64,000 bases of DNA from a virus: positions 1-64,000 of the IMG/VR virus record IMGVR_UViG_3300021963_000029; one strand, written 5' to 3'. How positions within the stretch are numbered: position 1 is the stretch's first letter; the number at the start of each line of letters is the position of its first letter. Shown piece after piece: positions 17,051 to 26,150 of the stretch. The position numbers and the translations under genes are program-made. Below the pieces are notes generated by a model, which made no database searches, had not been told where the DNA came from, and saw only the letters and a list, made by a program, of their open reading frames with translations.

Positions 17051-17730
17051 CCAAATGTTGAATCAGGTTCAAGAGCAATAAAGTAATTCAGATTATACTT
17101 CTCATTAGTGAATTTGGAAATACACTTCTGAGAGATAACCACATTATAAGATCCAGGAATGATCTTAATGTTTTCAACTTTGAAGTTGAAAATGAACTCA
17201 GAGTCTGTCTCTCCAACAACAATTGAATATTCATTTGAAGTGTCATTCTTCTTGTCACGAACAACAAGACTAATCACACCATTAGCACCAATAGCAGAAA
17301 GATCAGGCAATTGATATACTGCTGCTGCTTTGATTAGTTTATCAAGTTGTGAATGATCAACTTGGAAACATACATCTTGGGTTGGAAGAGAAATCTCTTT
17401 CTCAGGAGGAGAAACAATAACCTCAGGATCTGCAAAGAAATATTTTACCTTTCTTTTGCCTTCTCTAATGATCAAATAAGAATCATTAGTAAAATCAAGA
17501 TCTGGATCCTGGTGAAGACCAAGACCATTCAGAAATTGATTGAGGTCATAGATAGCAAAGTCTTTAGGAAAATCTTCACCAACATCTGCCTCAGCAAGGA
17601 TATTCTGCATCACAGAGATAGTCCTCAGTTTAGTACCCTGTTTAACCAAGATAGATTGATTAATAGAAGCAAAGTTCTTAAGAACAGAAAGGGTAGTATC
17701 AGAAAGTTTCATAGGTGCTCGGAGTTTCAT
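17047..17730 (-). CDS. gp45: Sliding clamp
   Basis: MKLSDTTLSVLKNFASINQSI, IYDLNQFL, FIALEPDS; start 17730 or 17712. Confidence 0.96.
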   Translation of the reverse strand: MKLRAPMKLSDTTLSVLKNFASINQSILVKQGTKLRTISVMQNILAEADVGEDFPKDFAIYDLNQFLNGLGLHQDPDLDFTNDSYLIIREGKRKVKYFFADPEVIVSPPEKEISLPTQDVCFQVDHSQLDKLIKAAAVYQLPDLSAIGANGVISLVVRDKKNDTSNEYSIVVGETDSEFIFNFKVENIKIIPGSYNVVISQKCISKFTNEKYNLNYFIALEPDSTFG

Positions 17731-18109
17731 TGTGTAGACCAGCAAAGTGATAAAGAAGGACGCAATAATGAATTGCTTTCAGGATGTCAAGTTTAGACTT
17801 GCCATTCTTCTTACCAAATCTGGAGAGATATTTAATAGCATTAGATCTGGTAAATGGTTCAGCATCACCAATGCTCTCAATCAGATCCAAGGTTTGAGTC
17901 TTGGACTGCTCAGAAGTATAGTGTGCTTTGTATGTACTTACAAGATATTCTTCAATTTGCTTCAGGGTTTTGTCTTCGTTGTATTTCCAAAACCCATTTT
18001 TGTTTGTGTCTTCAGGCATAGGAAAGGTAATTTTGTCAAGGTCAAGAGTTCCAGATCCACCATCATACATGGTAAATTTAACTACATCTGGATAAAGATT
18101 CTCATCCAT
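17699..18109 (-). CDS. DUF3310-like hypothetical protein
   Basis: HY...QTLDLI...NAIKYLSRFGKK...DILKAIHY. Confidence 0.7.
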   Translation of the reverse strand: MDENLYPDVVKFTMYDGGSGTLDLDKITFPMPEDTNKNGFWKYNEDKTLKQIEEYLVSTYKAHYTSEQSKTQTLDLIESIGDAEPFTRSNAIKYLSRFGKKNGKSKLDILKAIHYCVLLYHFAGLHNETPSTYETF

Positions 18110-18149
18110 AATAAAGTAAAAGTAATCAATAACTATAATACCACTTAGA

Positions 18150-19871
18150 TCAGTCAGCGTCAACCATCATGCTGAATCCTTTTCTTTTTTCAAACTTGAT
18201 GGTTTTTTCAAATTTTTCTAAGAGGTCATCCACTTTGTGTGAGATCACAAAAGTGTTTGAATCTTTAACTACAAATTTAATAATCTTAGTAAAATAATCA
18301 GTTCCTGCTTCATCAAGAGAACTATCAAAGACCTCATCAAGTATCAATAAGTTTGTATTGATTGAGTTCTTTACCTTTGCCACTTCTCTCCATGTGAAGA
18401 GAAGTGCTAAATCAATTCTCATTTTTTCTCCTTCTGAGAATGATGAGTATGAGAAGTCTTCATAAATTGGGTTTAAAGACTTCTCATTAAACTCTTCATC
18501 CAAAGTAAAGTTTACAGGGAAGTCTAAAATCTCAAGATACTTGTTTAGATTGCTATTGATTACTGGTAAGTATTTCTGTATGATTTTAGACTTTGCCCCA
18601 TCATCTTTGAGGAGTAAACTAATAAACTCGTAGTTTTGTAATTCTTCTTTTTTTGTTGATGAGTCTTGGAGAATAGTTTCTAAAGACTCAGTTAGAGAGG
18701 TTAACTTTTCATACTCAGTATCTGTGTCTTGATTTCTGGTGGCAAGTGTTTGAATTTCAGATTCAGTTTCTTGGATTTGTTTTCTAAGTCCAGAAATTTT
18801 AACGTTGTTAAAATTAATTTCATGTGTTAATTGTGTTACCTCTTTAGTAATTTGCAAAAATTCATGTTGCTTTTTCTTTTCTGCCTCAATGGATTGCTCT
18901 AGTTCCTTTTGACCTTTTTGAACCTCCTTTGATTTTTCATGAATTTGTTCAATCTTATTTAACCTAAAATCCTCTTCAATATTTTGTGTGCAGGTAGGGC
19001 AAACCCTATTGTTGTTGAAAAACTTGTGCTCATCTACTAAGTTGGTAATTTTTTGTTCTATCTTAGCATTTAGTTTTTCCAACTTCTTAAGAAGGTCTTC
19101 TGAAAAAGAAATAGTTTCTAGTTTTTTTGTACTATTTTCAACTTGTAAATGAATAGTTTCATTATCTTTTACTATAGAATCTATTTCTGTGTCTAATGAT
19201 ACTAACTTAGATTTCCTAGATTGAATGTCTTCTGTTTTTCTTTTCTTTAACTTCTCAATTAAGTCTTGCTGTGATTCAATTTTATCTTCTAGGTTTTCTT
19301 TTTTATATGCAACCTCTCTAATATCATCTTTAAGTTCTTTAATTTTTATCTTAGCAACATCATTCATAGAGGAGAACACTTTAATATCAAGCAAATCCTC
19401 TACAACCTCTCTCCTATGTTGAGAGGACAGTTGCATAAAAGGAACAAAGTTAGAAGACCCAAGGATTACAATCTGAGTGAAAGATTTGTAGTTTAACTTC
19501 AGTGCAGATTGTTCCAACCATTTCTGTTGATCATTAGATGAGGATGATTGATCCAAAAGAACTCCATCTCTGTAGATCTCAAACAGAGTTGGTTTTATCC
19601 CTCTCCTGATAGTATACTGCTTTCCTGATATTGATAACTCTACCTCAACTAAACAGTCTTTTTCATTAACACTGTTTATCAGTTGATTTTTATTAATTTT
19701 TCTAAAAGGTTTATTGAACAGCACAAAAGTTAAGGCATCAAGGATAGTACTTTTACCTGCACCATTATGCCCAACAATTAGAGTTGCATTATGCTGATCT
19801 AGTTTTATTTCTGTCCAGTAGTTTCCAGACGAAAGAAAATTTTTATATCTTAGAATCTGAAACTTTATCAT
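18150..19871 (-). CDS. gp46: Recombination endonuclease subunit (Rad50/SbcC-like ATPase)
   Basis: GHNGAGKST, CPTC zinc hook, FSEGEKMR, LDEVFDSSLD. Confidence 0.97.
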   Translation of the reverse strand: MIKFQILRYKNFLSSGNYWTEIKLDQHNATLIVGHNGAGKSTILDALTFVLFNKPFRKINKNQLINSVNEKDCLVEVELSISGKQYTIRRGIKPTLFEIYRDGVLLDQSSSSNDQQKWLEQSALKLNYKSFTQIVILGSSNFVPFMQLSSQHRREVVEDLLDIKVFSSMNDVAKIKIKELKDDIREVAYKKENLEDKIESQQDLIEKLKKRKTEDIQSRKSKLVSLDTEIDSIVKDNETIHLQVENSTKKLETISFSEDLLKKLEKLNAKIEQKITNLVDEHKFFNNNRVCPTCTQNIEEDFRLNKIEQIHEKSKEVQKGQKELEQSIEAEKKKQHEFLQITKEVTQLTHEINFNNVKISGLRKQIQETESEIQTLATRNQDTDTEYEKLTSLTESLETILQDSSTKKEELQNYEFISLLLKDDGAKSKIIQKYLPVINSNLNKYLEILDFPVNFTLDEEFNEKSLNPIYEDFSYSSFSEGEKMRIDLALLFTWREVAKVKNSINTNLLILDEVFDSSLDEAGTDYFTKIIKFVVKDSNTFVISHKVDDLLEKFEKTIKFEKRKGFSMMVDAD

Positions 19872-20124
19872 AATCTGGAGGAATCACAATATCATCTGGG
19901 GTAATTATAGCATAGTTGTAATCTAAATGATCACAAGCCATGATTGCAACTTGAGGATTAACTTCTGTGACTTCCATTTCTGGATAGTCAAGTTCTTCTA
20001 GCATTGAAAGATATCTTTGGGCATCATCTTCTTCTTCAAACATGAAGAGAACTTTCTCTCCATTTCTATTTTCTACAGCAAATGCTCCTTCTTTATCTTC
20101 ATCTGCAACTGTTAGTATGTACAT
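19843..20124 (-). CDS. DUF3110-like protein (cyanobacterial-type family)
   Basis: VLFMFEEEDDAQRY...IITPDDIVIPP. Confidence 0.65.
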   Translation of the reverse strand: MYILTVADEDKEGAFAVENRNGEKVLFMFEEEDDAQRYLSMLEELDYPEMEVTEVNPQVAIMACDHLDYNYAIITPDDIVIPPDYDKVSDSKI

Positions 20125-20125
20125 T

Positions 20126-21157
20126 TTACATCTGGAACGACTCTTGGTAAATGGACTGTATAAGTTCTTTTATTCTAACTTTATTTAACTTAATTTCAGA
20201 TTCATCCACATACCTCTTAAGCAAAGATAAAGTGTCTTCCTGCTGTACTAATTCATCAGCATCAAACTGCTCATTGATCTTTACTGATTCAATAACTTTA
20301 AGTTCCTGAGGTTGGGACTTGATTAAAGAATCTAAGAATTTATCAAACTTTTTCTGGTCGGTTTTATTTTTAACCACAAGTTTGACCATACATCCTTTGT
20401 ATGGAGTCAAATCCTTTTCAAGTGTCTCCTCATCATAATTACAGATCTTGAACATCTGGAATGGATTGTTCACATACTGCAGTTCATTAGTCTCAGTGTC
20501 CCATACAGTAAACCCTCTATTATCACCATAATCATTCCAATACAGTTGATATGGATTTCCAAGATAGAAGATCTTACCATCATCACTTCTAGTGTGATAA
20601 TGTCCAGAGAAAACTCTGTCAAATTTCTGGAATACAGATTTATCTCTTCCTGCTTCTTGAACATGCCCTCTATGGGCATAGAACCCTGTCAATTCTAAAT
20701 GACCCATAGCAACCCTTGCTGAGGTGTTTTGGATTGCTGCTAGGGTCTCTGACTCACTATCTGGAGTGATCCAAGGGATGAATAGAACCTCCTGTCCACC
20801 AACTTGAACATTAGTTGCTTTGGTGTAGATGTTGATGTTCTTATAATCACCAACCAACAATTCAGGACTGTTCAGTTTGTTTGTGTTCTTATAAAAAATA
20901 TCATGGTTACCAAGAACCAAGTGGACTTTATATTTCTTTAAAGGATCTAATATTACCCTTCTAGTCCACTCAATACTCCAATAATCAGTTGCTCTGCGAT
21001 TATCAAAGATATCTCCTAAGTGTATAACTGTATCAATCTTATTCTTTTTTAAGAATGGAAAGAATACTTCATTATAAAATTTCTCAAAATAATCATGGAA
21101 TACTTGGCTTCCTTTTCTGAAATTATAATGAGTATCAGTTATAATTGCTACTTTCAT
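20126..21157 (-). CDS. gp47: Recombination endonuclease subunit (Mre11/SbcD-like)
   Basis: ITDTH, HLGDIFD, GNHD, SGHYH. Confidence 0.97.
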   Translation of the reverse strand: MKVAIITDTHYNFRKGSQVFHDYFEKFYNEVFFPFLKKNKIDTVIHLGDIFDNRRATDYWSIEWTRRVILDPLKKYKVHLVLGNHDIFYKNTNKLNSPELLVGDYKNINIYTKATNVQVGGQEVLFIPWITPDSESETLAAIQNTSARVAMGHLELTGFYAHRGHVQEAGRDKSVFQKFDRVFSGHYHTRSDDGKIFYLGNPYQLYWNDYGDNRGFTVWDTETNELQYVNNPFQMFKICNYDEETLEKDLTPYKGCMVKLVVKNKTDQKKFDKFLDSLIKSQPQELKVIESVKINEQFDADELVQQEDTLSLLKRYVDESEIKLNKVRIKELIQSIYQESFQM

Positions 21158-21642
21158 GAAAATCTATAATTAATTCCATCTTTGATATTATTCATGTCAG
21201 ATGAAGTATATCCTAACTCAGAAGTATCTGCAGTAAATACTTCATCAAATCCAGATCTTTCTATGATCTTAGTTTTAATTTCCAACTGCTTCTTCTCTTT
21301 AGCAATCCTTCTTAGGAATGCATAGTAGACAATTTGAGTGAAGTATGCAAAAGGATTGGTCCTTTCCACATCAAAATTGTCAATGTACTGGATGCAATTT
21401 TCAATGCCATCACAAATCATGTCATCCTTAAACATGTAGTTGACAAAGTTTGGTTTGTATGATAAGTGTGTGGCAATCTTTAAGAAGCACTCTCCAAGGT
21501 AATTTGTAATCCTGGGTTTGGGGAGACCTTGCTCTTTAGCAGCAACGACCTTCTTCTTGTACTCAATCAGAGCAAGGTGAAACTCTTTATTGCTTACATA
21601 GTGTTCTGATCTTTTCTTACCTTTGGTCATTACTGGCAACAT
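21154..21642 (-). CDS. gp55: Late-transcription sigma factor
   Basis: HYVSNKEF, HLSYKPNFVNY, NPFAYFTQI. Confidence 0.97.
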   Translation of the reverse strand: MLPVMTKGKKRSEHYVSNKEFHLALIEYKKKVVAAKEQGLPKPRITNYLGECFLKIATHLSYKPNFVNYMFKDDMICDGIENCIQYIDNFDVERTNPFAYFTQIVYYAFLRRIAKEKKQLEIKTKIIERSGFDEVFTADTSELGYTSSDMNNIKDGINYRFS

Positions 21643-21676
21643 AAAATAACTTTATAAGTGTTCAAATAATACCATT

Positions 21677-21705
21677 ATTATACTCCCTTGACAATGGGTT
21701 GACAA
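21677..21705 (-). promoter_or_regulatory. Sigma70-type promoter for gp55
   Basis: TTGTCA (21705-21700)-N17-TATAAT (21682-21677). Confidence 0.75.
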
Positions 21706-21727
21706 GTATTAATTTAGTGACTAAAAT
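21699..21727 (+). promoter_or_regulatory. Sigma70-type antisense promoter
   Basis: TTGACA (21699-21704)-N17-TAAAAT (21722-21727), facing against the gene flow. Confidence 0.55.
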
Positions 21728-21753
21728 AACTCTGTGGGGTTTCAAGAGAAGGT

Positions 21754-22134
21754 TTAGCTATTTTTATAGACCTTTTCTAGAGTCTTTCTTGCTTCCTCTA
21801 CTTTAGAGATGAAACCCATTTTTCTATCTATATTTACTTTAGATGTTGATCTGTTGAATTTGTGATAGACATTAATAATTGTTTCATCACCAACTTCAGT
21901 CATAGTGATGACTTTGTTCATGTCAACAATGTACATGTCATCATCAGGGATATACATCCAAGGTTCTACTTTGTATCCTTGAATTATTCCTGATTTATTC
22001 ATCATTGGAGTAATAATAACAGGGTTATCAAGAATTAACAAAGTCCTATCATCTTCCTCTGAGACAGAGACTATGGCAAATATTTCTTCACCTGATACTA
22101 ACTTAATTGCTGCATAAAATTCTTCTTCCATCAT
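21754..22134 (-). CDS. Conserved hypothetical protein (Sm-like fold candidate)
   Basis: IKLVSGEEIFA...LDNP...EPW; usual position between uvsW and gp55. Confidence 0.8.
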   Translation of the reverse strand: MMEEEFYAAIKLVSGEEIFAIVSVSEEDDRTLLILDNPVIITPMMNKSGIIQGYKVEPWMYIPDDDMYIVDMNKVITMTEVGDETIINVYHKFNRSTSKVNIDRKMGFISKVEEARKTLEKVYKNS

Positions 22135-23594
22135 TTCTTTAAATTTATTGTAATAATTTCATAATCAAAGTTTTCTTCGTTGTAGATTTTAATTCTTTCT
22201 ACTAAGTGGTTTAATGTGTAATTTCTCTTTGTATTGTGGGTAATGTCATCTGCAATGTCATATAATGTTGCTGATACTTTTTCTTTACCCTTTCTAAGAA
22301 CTCTTCCTATTGATTGTAAGTTTCTGATTCTGGATTTGCTTGGTGATGCAAAGACAACATTGTGTAGGTTTCTAATATTGATACCTGTACTAAAAGTGCC
22401 ATAAGAAGCAACAATAATTGCATTTGTTTCTTCCTCGGTAATTTTTCTTACTAATTCTCTTTCTTCAGTATCTACTCCACCATGGATGAAAAAGACTTTT
22501 CTATTTTCACTTACATGCTTATTTATTTCCTCATACAGAGGTTCCCCATGAGTAGCAACTCTATTGAAAAGAACTAAAGTATTGCCATCTAGATCTTTCA
22601 CCAAGTTTCTGATAAACTTATTTCTCTTCCCATGACCAATTAAAAATTGAACTTCTTCTTCATAGTCATTAAACTTTGTAGGTTCATGCTTTAGAAGAAG
22701 GACTTTAATTTTTAACTTAGATAGATATCCTTTTTTGATTAGTTCATCAGTTTTGATTAGTTTATATGTAGGTCCAAACAGACCTTCAAGAACTAACTTA
22801 TGAGTTTGAGATCCATCTAATGTTCCTGTAAAACCAAATCTATACTTAGCATCATGTAGATTGGACATGATATTGATTAGAGATTTTGATTTAAACTGAT
22901 GTGCCTCATCTCCAATCACAACATCAAAGTTTGAGAAATATGCTTTATCTAACTTATAAATGGATTGCCAAGTAGATATGGTAACTGCCATAGGAGATAC
23001 TCTTTCAGATCCACCATAGACTTTGTGGCAGTAATCTTTAGCACTCCATCCATAGTCCTCAAAGTCCTTGTACATCTGCTCTACAAGGGATGTTGTTGGA
23101 ACTACAAGAAGTATTTTTAATCCTTTCTCCACAAAGTATCTGACAACAGAATAAATCATCAATGATTTTCCAGATGCAGTTGGAGATAACAGCAACTTTC
23201 TTTTATACTTTAGAGCATCATAAACACCTTGAACTTGATAGTCTCTTGGTTCATGAGAACAAATGCTCTTCATATAATCTTTGACTCCTTCTAGAGAAAT
23301 GGATTCATCCATCTCTCCAGGAAGACCATAGTACTTGTTTGCAAGTAATTCAAATTTGTAATTATGGTTATCACAAAAAGAAATTAATTTATCTAAAAGA
23401 CCAGCATAGATTTCTCCTGTTTGGATATTAAACAGTCTGATCTTCCCATCCCAATGCTTACTTCTAAACTGAGGCATAAACTTTGCACCAGGAACATCAA
23501 ATGTAAACTGATCACTCAACTCATATTTGATGTGTGGATCACAATCTATCTTTAAATAAATTTCATTCTTCTTTGTAATAACTAAATCAGTCAT
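22131..23594 (-). CDS. uvsW: SF2 DNA/RNA helicase
   Basis: SPTASGKS, GDEAH, GFTGT, QSIGRVLR. Confidence 0.97.
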   Translation of the reverse strand: MTDLVITKKNEIYLKIDCDPHIKYELSDQFTFDVPGAKFMPQFRSKHWDGKIRLFNIQTGEIYAGLLDKLISFCDNHNYKFELLANKYYGLPGEMDESISLEGVKDYMKSICSHEPRDYQVQGVYDALKYKRKLLLSPTASGKSLMIYSVVRYFVEKGLKILLVVPTTSLVEQMYKDFEDYGWSAKDYCHKVYGGSERVSPMAVTISTWQSIYKLDKAYFSNFDVVIGDEAHQFKSKSLINIMSNLHDAKYRFGFTGTLDGSQTHKLVLEGLFGPTYKLIKTDELIKKGYLSKLKIKVLLLKHEPTKFNDYEEEVQFLIGHGKRNKFIRNLVKDLDGNTLVLFNRVATHGEPLYEEINKHVSENRKVFFIHGGVDTEERELVRKITEEETNAIIVASYGTFSTGINIRNLHNVVFASPSKSRIRNLQSIGRVLRKGKEKVSATLYDIADDITHNTKRNYTLNHLVERIKIYNEENFDYEIITINLKK

Positions 23595-23595
23595 A

Positions 23596-24027
23596 TTACA
23601 TACCTGCCTGGAATCTCAAAAAGTCAATTGAGTTTTTAATTTGATAACTTCTATTGGAAATCATTTTTAAGATTTCTTCAATATACTTTAATATTGTATC
23701 ATAATAATCAATCTTAAGTAAGACTTTGTTTAATTGCTCATCTGCCTCAAGATATCTTGTAAGACTTTCCTTGTCTCTAATTTTGTATGGAAAAGGTTCT
23801 TCTTTGTAAATGTCAGGATCTGCTTTTCCTGAGTAGTAATTAGATCTTTCTAATTTTTTTACTTTGAAGTTTATTAATGCTTGTTTTCTTAAGAGGGTGA
23901 CATTGTTGTAAATTTCATAATATTTTGAATGTAGTAGTGGAACTTTTAGGGATTCATTATGGAGATCATCTATGTTGATTTCTGAATCCTCTTTCCACAT
24001 CATTTGAATTTCATCAAGAGAAATCAT
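23596..24027 (-). CDS. uvsY: Recombination mediator
   Basis: Size, LHSKY motif, RSYQIKNSIDF; synteny. Confidence 0.9.
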   Translation of the reverse strand: MISLDEIQMMWKEDSEINIDDLHNESLKVPLLHSKYYEIYNNVTLLRKQALINFKVKKLERSNYYSGKADPDIYKEEPFPYKIRDKESLTRYLEADEQLNKVLLKIDYYDTILKYIEEILKMISNRSYQIKNSIDFLRFQAGM

Positions 24028-24590
24028 AAAGGAGTTCCTGTTGCATTAACTATCTTGTAGTAAGTATACTTGAAATTAACCTCTGCAGTAAAATATCTAA
24101 TGTCAGTTTCAGTAGCATCAAATTGCAGAGTTGAAAGATATGTTGGGAACATACCATAATAAATGACTTGAGCACTAACTAAGTAATTGCTGTTTAAGAT
24201 CTGAAGAGTGCCATCAGACTCTTCATAGAATCTACCTTTGTTTAACCCTGGAACAGAGTCTGCACTTGCTTCTACTCTAAGATCATCATACTGCTCTAGA
24301 CTGTATGGAAACCCTAGACCTCTCATCCAGTTTTGAATTTCCATATAATTTTCAAGATTTTCATCTACTAAGAAACGTAGACTAAAATCTTCAAAATTCA
24401 TTTTATCCCCTGGGATGTCAATATTCTTTCCATAACGAGTTTGGATTGCTGATCCTAAAGTAATTGAGGGGATGTTTGCTGAGTTAGCAAAGAAGTCTAC
24501 TTTAGGTGCCTTTTGTAATTTAAATTTGAAACCAACAGGAGATAAAAAGTTTCTATTTCCTGGTTGGTTATCCCAAGGATTTGTTGCCAT
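24024..24590 (-). CDS. gp3: Tail terminator / tail completion protein
   Basis: NFLSPVGFKF, ANIPSITLG, FLVDENLENY. Confidence 0.88.
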   Translation of the reverse strand: MATNPWDNQPGNRNFLSPVGFKFKLQKAPKVDFFANSANIPSITLGSAIQTRYGKNIDIPGDKMNFEDFSLRFLVDENLENYMEIQNWMRGLGFPYSLEQYDDLRVEASADSVPGLNKGRFYEESDGTLQILNSNYLVSAQVIYYGMFPTYLSTLQFDATETDIRYFTAEVNFKYTYYKIVNATGTPL

Positions 24591-24611
24591 TTTTTGAACT
24601 ATTTATTCCAT

Positions 24612-24639
24612 AAAAAAAAGGACCCCCTGAGGGGTCCTT
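24612..24639 (-). terminator. Rho-independent terminator after gp23
   Basis: GGACCCC-TCAG-GGGGTCC followed by T8. Confidence 0.9.
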
Positions 24640-24656
24640 GATGAAGTGAACAAGAC

Positions 24657-26081
24657 TCACATGAGGTTGAGAACTTGTACTCTTCTGTAGTATCTGTTGG
24701 TGTTCTGTTGGATTCTTCCAAGACCTTGATCGGTACCTTCTGCAAATGGGTTTGCAACCATACCATATCTGGTCTTGAAGCCAATCTTGGGCTGGAAGGT
24801 GTCCTGACCAACTGCACGTACCATCTGGAGAGGTACATAAGGGCAGTAGAACAGACCAGCATCATAAGGATTGGTTCCTTTGTAACCAACAACATAATAC
24901 TGCTCAGCAGCAAGGTTTGCTGAGAATGGATCAATGTATACCTTGAACTTACCATTGAGAACACCAGCAAAGGTATTGCCAGTATCATCAACATTCAGGT
25001 TAGCATTGAGTGCAGGGGTGTAATCAAGCAGACCTGCCATGGTGAGTGCAGAAGCAACATCAGCAGAGCAGAGGATTACATTACCCTTCCCTCTTCTTGT
25101 TCTTTGAGCGATAGCATTAGCATCTCTCTCAAGTTGGAACAGAAGACCCTTGAACTTCTCAACTGACCATCTACCATTGGAGTCTACATCCAGGTCAAAT
25201 CTACCTGCATTAGCAACATTGGTTTGTGCACCAGCTTCAGCAACCTTATAGATGGTTCTGATGATCTCTCTGTTGATTTCAGCAAGGATTTCAGTTGAGA
25301 GAATGTTTGCTAACTCAGCTTCAGCATCCAGACCATGGATTGCTTTGAGGTCCTGAGCAAGTTCCAGGGTGTACTCAGCCTTGAGTGCTCTTGACTTTGC
25401 AGTAACTGAGAGCTTCTCAATGCTAAATGCCATCTGGTTGAACTGGTTACCAGCTGCATCACCCAGAGCTTCTGCAGCACTAGTACCCATGCCTTGACCA
25501 ACTTTGTAGTCAACACCAAGTGCACCAGCTGAGTTCAGAAGTGCAGGGTTTGAACCAGCTGCATTACCACCAAGGGCAAATCCAGTTGTACCAAAACCTA
25601 CTGATACACCACCATCAGAACCACCAGTGTAATCACCTTGAGTTAGTGATGCACCATCATTCTGAGCAGAGAATGCAGTATCAGGCTCATTGAACAGAGC
25701 TTCTGTGCCAGACTGATTGACATATCTGGTTCTCATTGCAAAGATTAGTCCAGTAGGACCATTCATTGGTTGAACACCAGCAAGATCATATGCAACTAGG
25801 TTAGGCATTGATCTTCTGATCAGTGAGATCAGAACAGGATCAAAACCAGCTACAGGACCAGCAGCAGTTGCTGAACCTGAGAAACCAGGGTTGGATGCTG
25901 ATTGGGTGTTGATGTTAGGAGCAGCCTCAGAAATAAAGGCTCTCTCTTCTCTTAAAAATCTTTCTTGGTTTTCTAGCAGTTGAGCGGTAACTGCTCTTCT
26001 GTAAGGATCCTTGATGTTATCAAGACCCTCTGCTTCCAGAAGAGGTTGCCACTTTTTCTGCAATTGTTCTGAAAGGAACAT
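24657..26081 (-). CDS. gp23: Major capsid protein
   Basis: FDPVLISLIRR, GVQPMNGPTGLIFAMR, QPKIGFKTRYG. Confidence 0.99.
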   Translation of the reverse strand: MFLSEQLQKKWQPLLEAEGLDNIKDPYRRAVTAQLLENQERFLREERAFISEAAPNINTQSASNPGFSGSATAAGPVAGFDPVLISLIRRSMPNLVAYDLAGVQPMNGPTGLIFAMRTRYVNQSGTEALFNEPDTAFSAQNDGASLTQGDYTGGSDGGVSVGFGTTGFALGGNAAGSNPALLNSAGALGVDYKVGQGMGTSAAEALGDAAGNQFNQMAFSIEKLSVTAKSRALKAEYTLELAQDLKAIHGLDAEAELANILSTEILAEINREIIRTIYKVAEAGAQTNVANAGRFDLDVDSNGRWSVEKFKGLLFQLERDANAIAQRTRRGKGNVILCSADVASALTMAGLLDYTPALNANLNVDDTGNTFAGVLNGKFKVYIDPFSANLAAEQYYVVGYKGTNPYDAGLFYCPYVPLQMVRAVGQDTFQPKIGFKTRYGMVANPFAEGTDQGLGRIQQNTNRYYRRVQVLNLM

Positions 26082-26150
26082 TTGCTTTTTCTCCTTGTTA
26101 GTCTTGTTAAAGTGTTTGTTTAACTACAAATATTTAGTATAACCTAGAAT

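Noticed and set aside
24599-24994. 131-aa +1 ORF over the gp23 3' end
   Set aside because: Runs through a strong terminator; consistent with a codon-bias shadow frame
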